NCBI GenBank assembly: GCA_976551045.1
Contig: CDPCPM010000012.1
Location: 45,942,001-46,006,000 of the forward strand
Length of the DNA stretch: 64,000 nucleotides
From: Glaucostegus cemiculus
Taxonomy: Eukaryota
Direction of reading: 5' to 3'
Positions 39,786 to 53,432 of the stretch are shown piece by piece; positions within the stretch are counted from its first letter, which is position 1, and each line of letters opens with the position of its first letter. Below the pieces are notes generated by a model. It saw only the letters and a program-made list of their open reading frames with translations. It did not search any database and had not been told where the DNA came from. The translations under genes and the position numbers were made by a program.

Positions 39786-41089
39786 CGGTTGCATGTGCAA
39801 CTGTAAACCAAACCTAGACAATGATTTCAGACTTCAGAACATTTACTTGGATGAAACTTCTGTTCATCTAGTACTGGGTTGTCAAACAAAAACCAGTAAT
39901 CTCCTAGAATGTATGTCTGCTTATCTTCAATATAAACTTCAAGAACTGGGGTTGTTCCTTCCCTGGTAGCTGTACATTTAGCTTTTTAATAATAAACAGA
40001 GCTTCTGCCTTTGCCTCCACTCAAGCAACTCCTGTTCAACTACTACAGGTCCAATCAGGGAAGAATCAGGCAAAGTAATGCAGGTTGAATGAGCTGGGGC
40101 TGACTGCAGATACACCCTCAAAACAGATTTTTATCAAATACAGGCAACCAGCTCATTTAAAAATTCCATTACTATAATTAAAATAGTGGGAAGCTGTAAT
40201 ACAGAGCCATAATGGCAATTTCCTGGAAATTTGGATCTCTGAATATTATAATTAATGGAGACACAGCCTGGTTGTGGAGACAGAAAAAAATTGTTTACAG
40301 ATTCTGATCTATTAATGCAATATAATACTGGCAATTCAAGATCTTCAGGAAGTTGCACTCAAGTATTAATCTGTAATATGATAAGACGTTATGGCTATAT
40401 AGTAGGTCACAAATCTCTAATAACTCTATAGCGAAAGTCGAGGGCATCCTTGAGAGAAGTTATAGCATGTATGCACCATTCACAAAATGACTAATTGTAA
40501 CATAGGGAGGAAAGAATAACATATAAAAGATAAATAGAATAGAAACTAGAAGAAAGAATAGAAAATATATACTTTTAAAGCAACATAAATTATATTCTAT
40601 GCACTGGAGTTCAGTTACAACCCATTGTAAATTAAACTGTAGCTCTCAGGCAAGGAAAATAACAGATACATGTAACTTTAATTATAGACATACCAGACCT
40701 GCAAAGCATTATTGCCAACAATTAGGTAATCTACAAAAGTATAAGAGGACAACTTACCAAACACTCCCTACAGAACCTTCTTGATTTCTGTTGTGCATTT
40801 TAAGTTTCATTCTCACACCCTTTTTTTCTCCTCTCCCACCTGACCCTTCCCCTTCATTATCAGCCTGCCAAGGAAAGCTACATTTCACTAACAACGGTTT
40901 GCAAAAGGAGCTTGAGCAGCACACTGCTGGGTACTTGTTTTATCCCAACATAGCTGGAGGAAGTAGTTGTTCAGAAGAAAAGGTAACAATGAAAACCGCA
41001 GCAGGTTAGTTATCCAGGAGGCTGGCATTCATAATTTGGAGATGAAGTTAAACCCAACAATAGTACAAGAATTTTTAAATTCAGGATAA

Positions 41090-41350
41090 TTAAGTAAACC
41101 TGGAATTAAAAAAAACCAAAAACTAATGTCAGTAAAGTTGACTGTGAAAATGGATGCAGCTAAAAGTCGAAGAAGTTCAACGATATCTTTTAGAGAAGGA
41201 AATGAGCCCTGCTGATATAAGGCACCAGACCGAAAGCAACAAGGTCAACCATCCTGAGATGGCCGAGCAGACCTTCCATTCAAGGGCATTTAGGAGGAGT
41301 AATAAATGCCGTGCTCACTGGCAAAGCCACATTCAAAGAATTAACACTAA
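41090..41350 (+). mobile_element. Old elasmobranch-type SINE/LINE 3' remnant
   Basis: tttagagaaggaaat...gagatggcc...ttcaagggcatttagg...aataaatgc resembles a shark repeat I recall; family not firmly named. Confidence 0.4.
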
Positions 41351-41997
41351 AAAGGGAGGAAATAATTTATAAAAAGACTTAGATGCCAGAGAGAAAATAA
41401 TACAGAAACAAGACTTGTGAGTAGGCCTAAATCAAACAATTTCAAGCATAATGATTTTATCAGATTTACTATATTCAATCTTCTGAAGATAGTTGCATTT
41501 CATTCATAGTGCTATGATTATTTAATATTTTTTTTGAGACCCCAATCAAATCTTGTTGGTAGAAATCAGTACTGTGAGTGCCATGGAGATTCACAAAATA
41601 TGAGGAGAAGTAAAAATATGTTTACAGCCTTCTTTGGATGATGTAGTTCCACCAAAATGCTTGTTATAATGTGCTACCTAGAAATTAGCTTGCACTGGTA
41701 CCTTAGACAGTCAAACAAGGGCTTACAAACAACTAAATTCATCTTGCATGGAGCAAAGCTTCCACTTCACACAATCCACCTGTGTGGAGTGAACATATCC
41801 ATCATTAAAAATTATAGTACAATCACCCAGATGTGCATTGTATGTCCTGAACACCAATTTGCACAATGGTGTTCAGTGCTTAGCAAAATCAGAACAAAAA
41901 TTGTTATCTTCTCAATCCACATGTTATGTCCAATTTTCAATGTTTTACACATGGAAAACATGGTGATAGAAGGTTCTAGACACAGATAATGAAAATA

Positions 41998-42087
41998 TTG
42001 ATAAGATTTCTTTATTGGTCACATGTACATCAAAAAACACCATGAAGTGCATCTTTTGCGTAGAGTGTTCTGGGGACAGCCCACAAG
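41998..42087 (-). mobile_element. V-SINE 3' fragment
   Basis: Matches the tail of 4299-4385 (ctttattggtcacatgtacatcaaaa). Confidence 0.75.
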
Positions 42088-42741
42088 GGGGAACCTTGAA
42101 AGGGCGATTCAAGGTTCTAAATTTAAGAGGGCATGTTTTATTGGAAGTGGAAAAATATTGGTCTGTGAACTGGTTTGCTTCAGACATTGTGATATTTGAG
42201 CAATACTAAACTACAAAAATAGCCAATTATCCTTTTGTCTGTGGATCCAAGGGTAACCAGCTGCGCCAAGGCATTGCTGCTGCTTGTAAGACTAATACAC
42301 ACAATGTCAAACTTGTACTGGGTTTTATCGATTTTTTTTCTACGATGGAAACATTCCAGTAAACCATCATCTCGTACCATTGCTGCTCAGCTGGCTATTC
42401 CGCAGTACAAAGAGCCGAGTCACTTGAATCTGTTAACTGGCTCATGCTGGCTGTGTTACAATGACATTCAGAAGATTTATGGAGTAAACAATGGCAATCT
42501 GGATCCAAAATAGGATTAATTAGATCCAAAAATGTTATAGTAGCATACAATGACAATATTTAACTTGCCTCATGTCATCTATCTTCTTCTGTAGAATAGT
42601 CAATAGTGTACAGTATACAGCTACACCTCAACTCTTTCACTCAGATCTTGTACGGTGCATGTCAAATCCTAAACAAAATCAGTAACCCTTATGACATGAG
42701 ACACTATGATCTTTGTCATTCTATCCAAAAAATCCATACTG

Positions 42742-43115
42742 CATTCTGATGAAGGCGCCCTGAACTGGTATGTTAACTCTTTTTCTGCAGCTGTTGCTGG
42801 ACCTCCTGAATGTTACCAGCATTTTCTGTTTTAGTTCAGATTTCTACCATCTGCAGTTTGATTTTTAGTCCCTATTGCCATCACTTGCACAGAAGAATAG
42901 CCGAATCAATATATAGTTCTCCCACCTTTCCTCAAGATTCACATATTCATACTGTTCTTAACTATTAGCACAACCTTTGTTGGAATTACAAACAATGATT
43001 TCTCCTGGAGACACAAGAGACTGAAGATACTGGAAATCTGGACCAACATGCAAAAAGCTGGAGGAACTCAATGGGTCAGGCAGCATCTATGGAGAGAAAA
43101 GGACAGTCAGCATTT
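42742..43115. mobile_element. Two Penelope-like pLTR remnants (42742-42868 plus; 43007-43115 minus)
   Basis: ttctgatgaagg...tgttaactct...ccagcattttctgtttt; gagacacaagagactgaagatactgg...gctggaggaactcaatgggtcaggcagcatct. Confidence 0.6.
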
Positions 43116-43355
43116 ATCATTTTCTTGGCCAAGATCCATTGTTTTCCTGCTCCATGCCAAAAGAGCTCAGACTATTAGATCACCCCCTTAAATGCTACTT
43201 TCCCAATAAAACATCCCTACTTTTTCATGTTTCCCTGGTCCATAATGGCAAGAGTCACAAATTAAACAGTTCTTCAAAAGGTTTTGGAAAAAATTAAGGT
43301 TACTTCTCAGTGAGAGATATCTAGGGAAATCACATTGTAGATTGGTCTATGTAGT

Positions 43356-43543
43356 CCTCCAGGTGCTCCAGTTTCCTCCCACATTCAAAGGACATACAGG
43401 TTAGGAAGTTATGGGCATACTATGTTGACACCAGAAGTGTGGCGACACTTGTGGGCGCCCCCCCCCCAAAAAATTACTATGTAAAAGATGTATTTCACTG
43501 TATGTTTTGATGTACATGTGACTAATAAAGATCTTATCTTATG
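43356..43543 (+). mobile_element. V-SINE 3' part, (ATCTT)n tail
   Basis: tcctccaggtgctccagtttcctcccacattc...tgtacatgtgactaataaagatcttatctt. Confidence 0.8.
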
Positions 43544-45127
43544 ATTAAATGCAACAATCATAATGAATTGTGTGCCAAGCCTCAAATTACTTGAGGCATT
43601 TATTACAGGAAAAGAATGAAAAATACAGTAAAAAAGCAAAATATTATTCAGTTCCACAACAGAATTACACAAGATCAGCTCATCCATATTTCATACCCAG
43701 TTAAGGTACAAGGCAAATTCTTGACTTTTTCCTTCCCATCTCCATGAATAGCAAGGATACCAGAAGATTGCAGGAGGGGTTTATGCAGACTGCATCCTTA
43801 ACTTGACTAACCCAACCAACACCCTCAATCATGGTTTGAAATGGAATGAGATCATTAACTCGAGATGCTTTTGTGGTGCTTTTTGCCAGAGATTTTATTG
43901 TAAGAACTGCAAACACTAAAATGTTAAAACGCCAGTACCGAGTTCAGCAAAAACTTTAAGAAGTGGCTCAATAACAAAGGTATTTAAGTGAGCAAATTAA
44001 AATATAATTCAAACCAGCAAAGCAGCTTTCTGCCCAAGTTTACTTATTAAATGCTATGTTTTGCAAGGATATTAATCTTTCATCCAGAAATTTAAATTAA
44101 AACATTATGAATTCTCTCAGCTGGGCAACTTCTCTGCATCATTTGGTACTATTTCAAAAGCTTAATTTTACTCAGTGTAAAGGTACATTCTAATTTAGGT
44201 CAGAGACAAAGTACTCAAATGGCAATTTTTGTGTCTCAACATTTACTAGGCAAAAAGGTTAAAGAATATAACCTCATTTACATGTCAAGGACAACTTGTT
44301 CAAGTTAAGTACTTATATTAATTACACAGAATTGGTTTTCATTCAGGTCATTGCATTTTAAATATTTTGATTGCAGCACTTTTTTAAAAACATACAGAAA
44401 ATCTAGGACAAGCCTATATGCTAAGAATCTGGATTTACCAGATCAAAATACCTGAGTGGTTCATTTACACAGGATCTTAGGAGAAAACCATTTGTGACTT
44501 CTATTGATAGCATTGACAGTCAACACTGATGTAACACACTTTTATACTGATGGAGAAAGATTGGACAATGACTAGATTGTTTTAATGACTGACTTCTTAA
44601 TTTAGCTCAGTCGCATGAGGAATTGACAGGAAATAAAAAAAGATTCCATCCATAGAGGGAAAAATATTATACACTGAAGAGATAATGGTTGCTCTATGTG
44701 GTATGAACAGTTCAGAGCAGACGAGGGTAATATTATGCTATTCAGCAAATGAAAGTTTATATGAAGAGTCACTACATTAATTGGCAAGAGGAAACACTGA
44801 TGGGTGTATTACCGAACTGACAAGCATAAAATTTTCCTGCAATTTGGAATTAATTTTTAATGCAAGTTGCATGATTAATGGCAGGCCCTAGTAAGCATCT
44901 TAGTAATTGCTTAGAACCCAAGTTCAACAATTTGCAATCGATGAGAATACTGTGATTTCACTGATCAGAAAACATTATGGATTGTAAACAAACTGACCAA
45001 TCAATTGTAAAATGATTTCCATGGATCACCAAGGACTTCCAAGTCCTGCAATTAATGACTCTGCTGTTTTTCATGCACCAGGGAGTAGATAATTCAGGCC
45101 AAATTTCCAGCAGGTCTATCATGTAGT

Positions 45128-45302
45128 ATCAAACAATCTGCTGGAGGAACTCAGTGGGTCGAGCAGCATCTTTGGGGGGTGGGGCGATGGGGGGGTTTGC
45201 GAAAAGGGATTGTCAGCACTTCAGATCAAAACTCTGCTTCAGGACTGCTCCAGTAGCTTGCTTGTTGCTCCAGATACCAGCATTTGCTGTCTCGTGTCTC
45301 TT
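45128..45302. mobile_element. Penelope-like pLTR hairpin remnant
   Basis: ctgctggaggaactcagtgggtcgagcagcatct...ctgcttcaggac...ttgctccagataccagcat; same family as 240-450. Confidence 0.65.
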
Positions 45303-45789
45303 TTGTGAAGTAGCATCCATAACTTAGTTTAAGTATATTGCAACACCTCTAACAAAATTAGATCCCAAGCCAAAGTTGTCCAAAAGCTTAATGGGAAAAG
45401 TAGGGTGAAGCAAACCAGGTAAGACTTCACTAGATAAATCAAAGTGCAAGGCGAGGGATATAATGAAGTTAGGAGAAATAAAAGACAGCCCCCTACCTCC
45501 AAAATCGGCAGGATGGGGGAATCTCCCTTCTTAAGAAATGCAGCTTATTGCCATCGTTGCAGTTTTCCCCAAATATACTCAGCTAAAATCACATATCAAA
45601 CAGCACAAAAATAGATTACTTTAATTCTCAGATGTATACCCTGACTGTACTTTTGTGTTGCATACACATCCCTGGTCAGTGACCCATGTATTGCAAGTTC
45701 TCTTGCCCCTATATGGGTCAATACCCTTGAGCTCAGGAGAACGATAAGCTGTTTCTTCGAAACATATGACATCCTTAAAATTCAGAGTA

Positions 45790-46122
45790 AATGCATGGCT
45801 ATGGATTCCCAGACTGGGTTACCTAGAACTGGGGACACAGTCACAAAATAAAGGTTTGGATACTCACAGCAAAGCTCAGAAGAAATAACTTCACCCAGAA
45901 AATACTTGAATATTTGTAATTCTGTACCCAAGAGGGCTATGGAGGATCAGTCACTGAGTATATTCAAAAGAGAAATGGATACATTTTTAGATATTAAGGG
46001 AATCAAGGGATAAGGGGTTAGTTTGGGGAGGTGGCACTGAGTAAAAGTCCTGAGCTTTTTGAATGGTGCTGCAGGCACAGAGGAACAAATGACCTACTCC
46101 TGCTTCTATTTCTTATGTTGTT
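45790..46122 (+). mobile_element. Old CR1 LINE 3' end
   Basis: ctagaactggggacacagt...aattctgtacccaagagggctatggagg...gggaatcaagggata...cctactcctgcttctatttcttatg. Confidence 0.75.
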
Positions 46123-46306
46123 GAACATATTTCTAAAGAATCATCAGACGTGGCTGCATCAGATTATAAAGAAAAATCTGTTCTCTGGATTCAAGGCTTC
46201 CCAGCTCCTCAACAGTATGCCAAAATGTGCAGGTGGGTACAAGACTGAAGACTTTCCAACAGATTTTTGTGTTGTACAACATTGTCTAATACTATCCACT
46301 GTCTAA

Positions 46307-46545
46307 AGTGGCACAATAGCATAGCTGTTAGCGCAATGCTGTTACAGCGCCAGCGATTGGGGTTCGATTGCCGCTGACTGTAAGGAGTTTGTACGTTCTC
46401 CCATGCCTGTGTGGGTTTCCTCCGGGTGCTCTGGTTTCCTCCCACATTCTGAAAGACGTATGGGTAGGTTAGTTTGGGGGTTTAGAAAAATGGGCGGCGT
46501 GGACTCGTTGGGCCAAAAGGGCCTGTTACCACGCTGTAAATAAAA
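46307..46545 (+). mobile_element. tRNA-derived V-SINE with CR1-type tail (HE1-like)
   Basis: Same head and V-domain as 8861, but the 3' end is ggactcgttgggccaaaagggcctgttaccacgctgta. Confidence 0.8.
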
Positions 46546-47559
46546 AATTTTTAAAAAATTTAAATTTAAATTTATTTATTTAGGACTAAAACAGCCTTTA
46601 AATTCAACAATATTCTGAAACCTAATTTAAAATAATGTGTCAAACAATGCAAGACCTTGGGTGCAAACTTTACAAGAGATCAACTTCTGTGCAAATCAGC
46701 CAATCCATTGTAAAAAAAAATATTTAATTATAGGGAGGGGTGCAATTAAAGCCAGCAGGGAAAATAAGAAAATTGTTTATCTGTGGAGAGAAAGATCCTT
46801 TAGCCTAGGTGGATGTTTAGGGGGTGGTATTCAGTGGTTTAGGAAACTGTCTGACTAGCAATCACACAACAGCCACTTAGGGTTCTGAGTCCAACCATTT
46901 GTAGAGGTCACTACTGCATAATCTAACATGTTAAAGAGACGTTCTAAAATGATAATAAAAGAAGACAATTTGCCTTGGTCTCAACCAGCTAATAGTGCAG
47001 TACTTTATCTACCAACTTGGATTATATCTCCATGTATTTCTCATATCAAAATCCATGCTTTGACAGCATGCCAATCTTGCCCTCTCACTAATTTCTGAAA
47101 TTTTATTTTCTGGAGTTCAGTCACGTAACTACATATAATACATTAAGGGGACATCTGATAACTAATATGCACAGACCGACAAAAGAAATGAAAGGCCTCC
47201 TGTTTAAAAAAAATATTGAATCAAGACTGGTTGATAAGGTCATCTTGGGTAGTAACTGTAATGTGATCCCAGCCAATCTTACTTTAATCTTGTTTATAAA
47301 TCACAATTTCAGTCTGCTCAGAAATTGAGAGATTTGGAACTCAATTTGTGCAGTCAGAACAATGACATTTGCACAATTAAAGTCATAGCAGATCTCAAAA
47401 GGCATAAACAGGCTCCAGCCATATTAACTGTACACCCGGGGTAGGAAATAATATTAAATTTGCTGCTGGTTAAGCACTGAAGCATACAAAAGGATGGCCT
47501 TTACTCTCAACATCCCCAAGAAAAAGGTCCTCTTCAATCTGCTCCCATTGTATCACACT

Positions 47560-48290
47560 GCCCTCCAATAATAAAAAGTTCATGGCAAGATGCTGGAAAA
47601 CATGGATCACTTCCCATACTTTGAGAGAGGCAGACATCAGTGATGAAATTCACCATACTCTTTAATGTACTAGCAGCGTCTTTGATTGATTGAGGAAAAC
47701 AGTGTTGGTGATCAAAACCTCAGACATGCAGAAAATTCAATCTATTGAGCAGTTAATATCTACAGTACATCTTTCAATGAGCTTTCGAGACTTGGTCTAC
47801 ATGAGCAGGCATATAAAAGCATTAGATATCAACAACGGTATCTGTGCGAAATCCTCCAAAGAATTTGCAAGGATGAATGAACCAATGTCAGCGTCCTCTT
47901 CCAGGTCAACAACCCCTGCATTGAGGTCCTAGTTGCTCTCAGACAGCTACACTGTTCTGGCCACATCACACACATGCCTGGCACCAGACACCTGAAACAG
48001 ACCTCCATTTCCAAGCTCACAGGACGAGTTTACCCAAGACGATGAGAAAAGAATCAAGGATGCTCTCAAAGCCACCTTGAAAATCTGCATCATCCCCACC
48101 AACTATGTGTGTCAGGAGCACATAGAAGTGCAACATAAAAGAGTACACCAACTCAGAAACCACCCACTTGCCATTCAGGCACTTCCAGCCCCATTTTTGG
48201 GGAAAGTCCTCTCCAGTCATCACAGAACCCACAAAACTAGGGTGGAAGCTCGTCATCCTCGATCCTGAGAGAATGCCTGAGGAAGAAGTT
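47560..48290 (+). mobile_element. Old RTE/BovB-like LINE 3' region
   Basis: SRHIKAL, TNVSVL and GHITHMPGTRHLKQ; homologous to 25855-27900 in the opposite orientation. Confidence 0.7.
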
Positions 48291-49104
48291 GTTCAGATGT
48301 GGTCTAACCCAAGGGATCAGGCTGGGCCTATATTTGGCTTATTGGCCACATTCCTTTTGATGGTCTGGATATAGTGGATAAAATAGATCAATGATTACTG
48401 TGTTTGGAATCGCCAAGATGTTTGCGTACTTATGAAGGAACAGATAAGCTGACATAGGAATGGTGGACTCAGGAAAAACATATCCTGCCACTGGATCTTG
48501 AAAGGCACTTTGAATCAAGGACGTTTCCACCAGAGGCAAGAACTTTCAATAGATGAAGCCTACAAAGTCAGAAGTTTCTGTTAATGTCAATTTAAAATAC
48601 AAGCAAATCTGTTGAATTGGACCTACCGTAGTCTTACAGTGAAAGAATTCCGACTTTATGCTTCACCTTGGAACTTAAATACAAATAGTTGAATCTATGG
48701 TGAAAGGTACAAGATGAACAAGTGTGGCCCGACCTGACAACACTACTGATTCCAAACAGAAGTCAAAAGATTTCACGGCAGTAATACACACAACTCCTAC
48801 CTCCACCTAACTTTACTGTAGTAAGATATCCTTAGGTGGCTCATAGGTTTGCTATCAGGCAAATATGACACCGAACCACACAAGGAAGCCTTAGAGAAAA
48901 AGACCAAAACCTTGGAAAAAGATAGTTTGTAATATTACCTTAAAAGGAAGAACAATTAGCAAAGAAGTTTGCCAAAAAAAGTCCAACTGTTAATCCAACT
49001 TCTGGTGTTGGTATGATTAAATCTGGGAATGACTACAGGGCCAACTCCTCTGTGCGCCTCCCCCCAAAACCACTACTAATTTTTCCACTCAAATATACAC
49101 AAAG

Positions 49105-49255
49105 ATCATTTACAGTGGTCAAATAACCTACTAGGACACCCATACAGTCACAGGAGAAAGTGCAAACTCCACACAGACAGCACCAGAGGTCAAAATGGAT
49201 CCAATCTGGGTCATTGGAGCTGTGAGGGAGTAGCTCTACTACTAGCTGTGCCACT
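49105..49255 (-). mobile_element. tRNA-SINE 5' fragment
   Basis: Minus-strand gtggcacagctagtagagctactccctcacagctcca...ctgtctgtgtggagtttgcac. Confidence 0.7.
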
Positions 49256-51229
49256 CAGTCTTTTTTTTAAGATTTAAGACCAGCAAGGTCTTGGTACAAC
49301 TAACATTTACAACTTGGCACTATAGCTTTATTATGGCTATGAACCAATTTCTCTTTCCTGATGTACTAAAAATATCAAATGCAACCCAAATAAAAAATTA
49401 ATATCCAACAAGACATTGAAGCCAAATTCCTTGTGGAGGTAATCATGCTATAACAAAAGCAATTTCAAATATTGATACCTAATTTACACTCCACAAGTTT
49501 AGCATAGTTAAGTTGTCAAAACCACTTTACACCATTACTAAAATGGTGGTGTGAATGCATTTCAAGTTTAATTTTGTTGCCAACTTGCATTATATCTCCT
49601 GGGAAATACCAATCTACGAATAGAATATACAAGTCTATTTATAGAAAAGTGAAACTGGCAATTTAAACAGAATATTTATGACACATTGACGCAAACTCTA
49701 AAAAAGGTCATTGCAGAAATAATTAGAGAAGAAAACTAATCAGATGCTCAAGTTTTTAAACACGTAGAACCTACAATGACCCAAGTACCACACCTCAAAA
49801 ATGCAAAGAAGGAATTCTAGGCCAGTCTTAGTGAAATCACTATACTCTTGCATTACTATATCTCAATGATGTAACATCCTAGATTTGGGTATAGTTTGCA
49901 ATATAACTGCCAATTGTATGTGTCCTTTCCATGTGGCAGTGTGAATGCAGCGATTTATTTTGTCCAATGACAATAAGCCACTGAGCACCGTACAGGCTTA
50001 GAAGATAAGGGCCAAAGCCTTGTACAACAAATAATATATGCGGTGACTTTCAGCCATTTAAACTACTTTAAAACATTATGTCTGTATTACTTCTGTGCCA
50101 TGTGTTAGGAAAGTAAAACACAAGAAACTTAATTCAGTTATTGCTCATTTTCAAAATTATGCTGCCAGCCACATCAAAGGGAATGGCAATTTGTCATTCA
50201 ACCTAATCAACAAAACATTGATCAAATAAATAAATGACATCCAGAACCATGAAACCCTGCAAATAATTCAAAACAGACTTCAAAAACAACTACTTCCGGT
50301 AATGTTGCTTGAGAGAGCCTTTTTGTTTAATGCAAGGTTCAGGTCTATTATAAAGAATCTAAATCTTGATGTTAATTAAATAGAAATATTAAAAATTTAC
50401 CTGTGGCCAAACAACACTTTTTTTTAAAAAAATCATCTGATCATGATATCCATGTTCTGCAGAGGATTACAGTGAACAGAACAAAATAATGAAAGCAACT
50501 TCTTTCAAAACTGAAGAGCACTGAACTATTTATAGGTTATCCTATGGATTTCAGGCTGAAGGACATTGTTAAATGGGAACAAAGGCTTCTCACTCAAATA
50601 GAAACAATACACTTTCAAACTTTGAACATTCTGTCCACATAGGGAACAAGAAGTGCTAGGAGTTAGATACGGAGGGCACAGTGCATGTGTTACATATGGG
50701 AGCTGCAGCTCTCCCTGAAAGAAAATTTCAGCAGCAATTATTTTTTATACAGCCACAAAACTGTTAAAAATCAGAAGATTTCAAATGGGAGAAAACCTTT
50801 GGCAATTAGTCGTTGTAGGTTCTTAGACCATGATTGTCCTAAGCACCATAACATGCAGCATTGTGTTAGAGATCTGCAGACTTAGCTCCCAGATGATACA
50901 GGTAACATAATTGAACAGATCTATACCGTGTTAATTTAGAATTTAGAAAATCCATTGACTAACCCCAGAATAGTTACTGACAGATTTTAATGACATAAAA
51001 AGACACTTTGTTAAAATTTAGCTCAAGATGTCTTGCAACAGTTGTGCAATTTAACTTCTTATGAAAGAAGATAACTTACAAGTAATCACAAGGCAGTCAG
51101 TCATGTTTTCAAATTGCCAATGGCACGTTTATGTCTCAAACCTAGTACTGTTGCATAAACTGTTTAGTCAAAACTGAAGTGTGTCAAAGCCACTCATTTA
51201 GTTTGCCATTAATATTGCCACATATTGGA

Positions 51230-52100
51230 GTAATGTTTAGCTGAAGGAAATGGCAGTTCAGTTTGCCATAATGGGTCAGGCTTGTGGTCGGTCAGAGGTA
51301 AATGAGGAGCTGGCAATCAGAGAGGTGGTGGAAAATAAGCATTAGTGTACATGCAGAAACAACAGACATGTCTACACATGATCACATCAATGGACAATAG
51401 ACAAGATCAAAAATAGATCCTTGAGATGCTGCAGGAAATAAAGCCAGTGCTGGAGATGGTCTCAACACAGTTGGATTAGTAAGACTGGAACCAAGCAAGA
51501 CAGAACTTGGTTGCAGAAATTCAAATACAAGTTGCAAGAAGTCCTAGTCTGGGAAAGAACATTAAAAAACTGAAGGAGGCTGGAGGCAGAGCATCCATTT
51601 GTAAAGGGCTGGGGTTGCTGTACTATTTGAGTATGATAACAGTTTATAAATAGAAGAGAGGTTCTACTAAGGAAAGACAATCATTTACAATGGTCAGTAG
51701 CTCTCTGTGTCAGTGGCTTAATAGGGCATGGGTCAAGGGGACAGGATCCAATAGACAAGCTGGGTTTAAAAATGGAAAAGAGATGGAGATCTAGCTCAGT
51801 AACCTCAACCTTCAGCGACACAGGTCAGTGAGCTGTTTCTGGTTGTTGTACAGGAGAGGACAAATGGCAGTGCAGGATAAACAAAGCAACATGCTCTAAA
51901 CAAGAAGGGAACCAACCAAGCCGACACAAGAGAGTACTTGAGCAGATCACTGGCTGTGGAACATTTGTGCTGTAGAGTAGACCAAAGACCAGGAGCATGT
52001 GCATGCCTTTCAGGGAAATGGGTGTCACTGAAACAGAGATTTAGGTATTGTTGGTGCTAAACCTGATAGACCATTAGACAATTAGGATCTTAAATAAAAG
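51230..52100 (-). mobile_element. Old L2-like LINE internal remnant
   Basis: Purine-rich plus strand; minus-strand ...CPLDPCP... (cf. the L2 CxLDPxP motif) near 51730. Confidence 0.45.
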
Positions 52101-53432
52101 AAGCAGGATAAAAGTCAATTCCAGTGAAAAGGGAAGACCGGATCAAGTTGCAATTAAATCAGACCTCCCTCTCAGAGCACTTTCATTCCAGTCAATAGTT
52201 AATGCAGCAGCAGCGAGTTAGTTAGCGTCTGGTTTGTCATTGAATTAATGCAGGTACTCCATGGAGTTCATTTCCGGATTGGTTGTAGATTTCACTGGCC
52301 AGCTTGACAACTGGACAGGAGTACGCATGACGTCAGTATCAACGGCACACAGAACAGACTGTAACATTACAGTACAGGTGCCCAGGTGAGCTACACTTGG
52401 TTGCCCAGTGCCCAATGATACCATTACTTAACTATTAGTTGTACAATTGACAGTTGTACGGCTGTTACACAGGGATGCAGGGTTGGTTATGAATTATAAA
52501 GAACTCCAGAAATGGAATTTCAATTAAGTCATGTTTTCTTTTAAAGGCTAGGAACATTTCGAACTCGAGTCAGCAAACCACCATTTCCCTCAAAAAAAAA
52601 GTTTATCGCGTCTGGCAAGGGACTGCTCCGGGTTCTGATAGTCTTTACGTGCCCCGGCATCTTTGAAAGAGCGGCAGGGCAACTCATCAAATGGGATGAG
52701 AACAAGGTCCCGACTCTTCACTTCCACACGCTTGGTGCTGATCTGTGCCCAGTGGAACATGCTGCTGGTGGAGACCGGGATGTTGTCATTCAATTTATAG
52801 ACAGCCAAGTGTTAGATTATTCACAATGGATCTGCCCAAAGTAAAGCCGACAGGCGTACAGTTTGTACTTCCCTGGGATCATTGAATAGCGCTTGTCCCA
52901 AGGAGGAAGGGAGCTTCCTCTCCCCCGTTTCAATGAGTCTCTGCCCTAGTCACCACCCAGATCTGCATTACTAACCATTAGAAAATCCACACCGCAGCAG
53001 GAGACTTCAACGCCACTACTAACAAGGTCCAGCCCATTGTGAATCATTAGAAGAAACACTAGGAACGTGGTCGGGGCTGGGCAAAGTAGGCGAGAAACAT
53101 CTGCATTCCTGGCCATTTATATAAGGACAGGTGCTTCCTGACTGGGATCCAGCCAGCGCCATTCGGACAGGGGTCGTGTTGAGCCGTAGATCAATCCTTC
53201 GCGGGTTAATCTGGAGGAACACACAAGACCGCCACCATTTGAAATACAAAGGCGACCCCAATCAATGAGAAAAACAGAACCGTTAGGAAAGACTCATAGA
53301 CTTGCTAACAACCCGAGTCAGAAGCAGGACTCACCGATGTACACCCGTGCCCAGATTTTATGGACCGAACATTAAGAAAGATTATTAACACAGAAATGGA
53401 AATGAACAATTCGCAGGATCGCCTATACTCAC

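Larger units (their letters stand above)
5002..53432 (-). other. EFHD1: EFHD1 intron 1 (48,431 bp, GT-AG, phase 2)
   Basis: Canonical splice sites join the two exons into a continuous EFHD protein with no missing residues. Confidence 0.85.

Noticed and set aside
46538-46582. AT-only palindromic stretch
   Set aside because: Low-complexity SINE tail expansion.
53113-53126. CArG (SRF) box in intron 1
   Set aside because: CC and GG are separated by ten A/T bases, not six.
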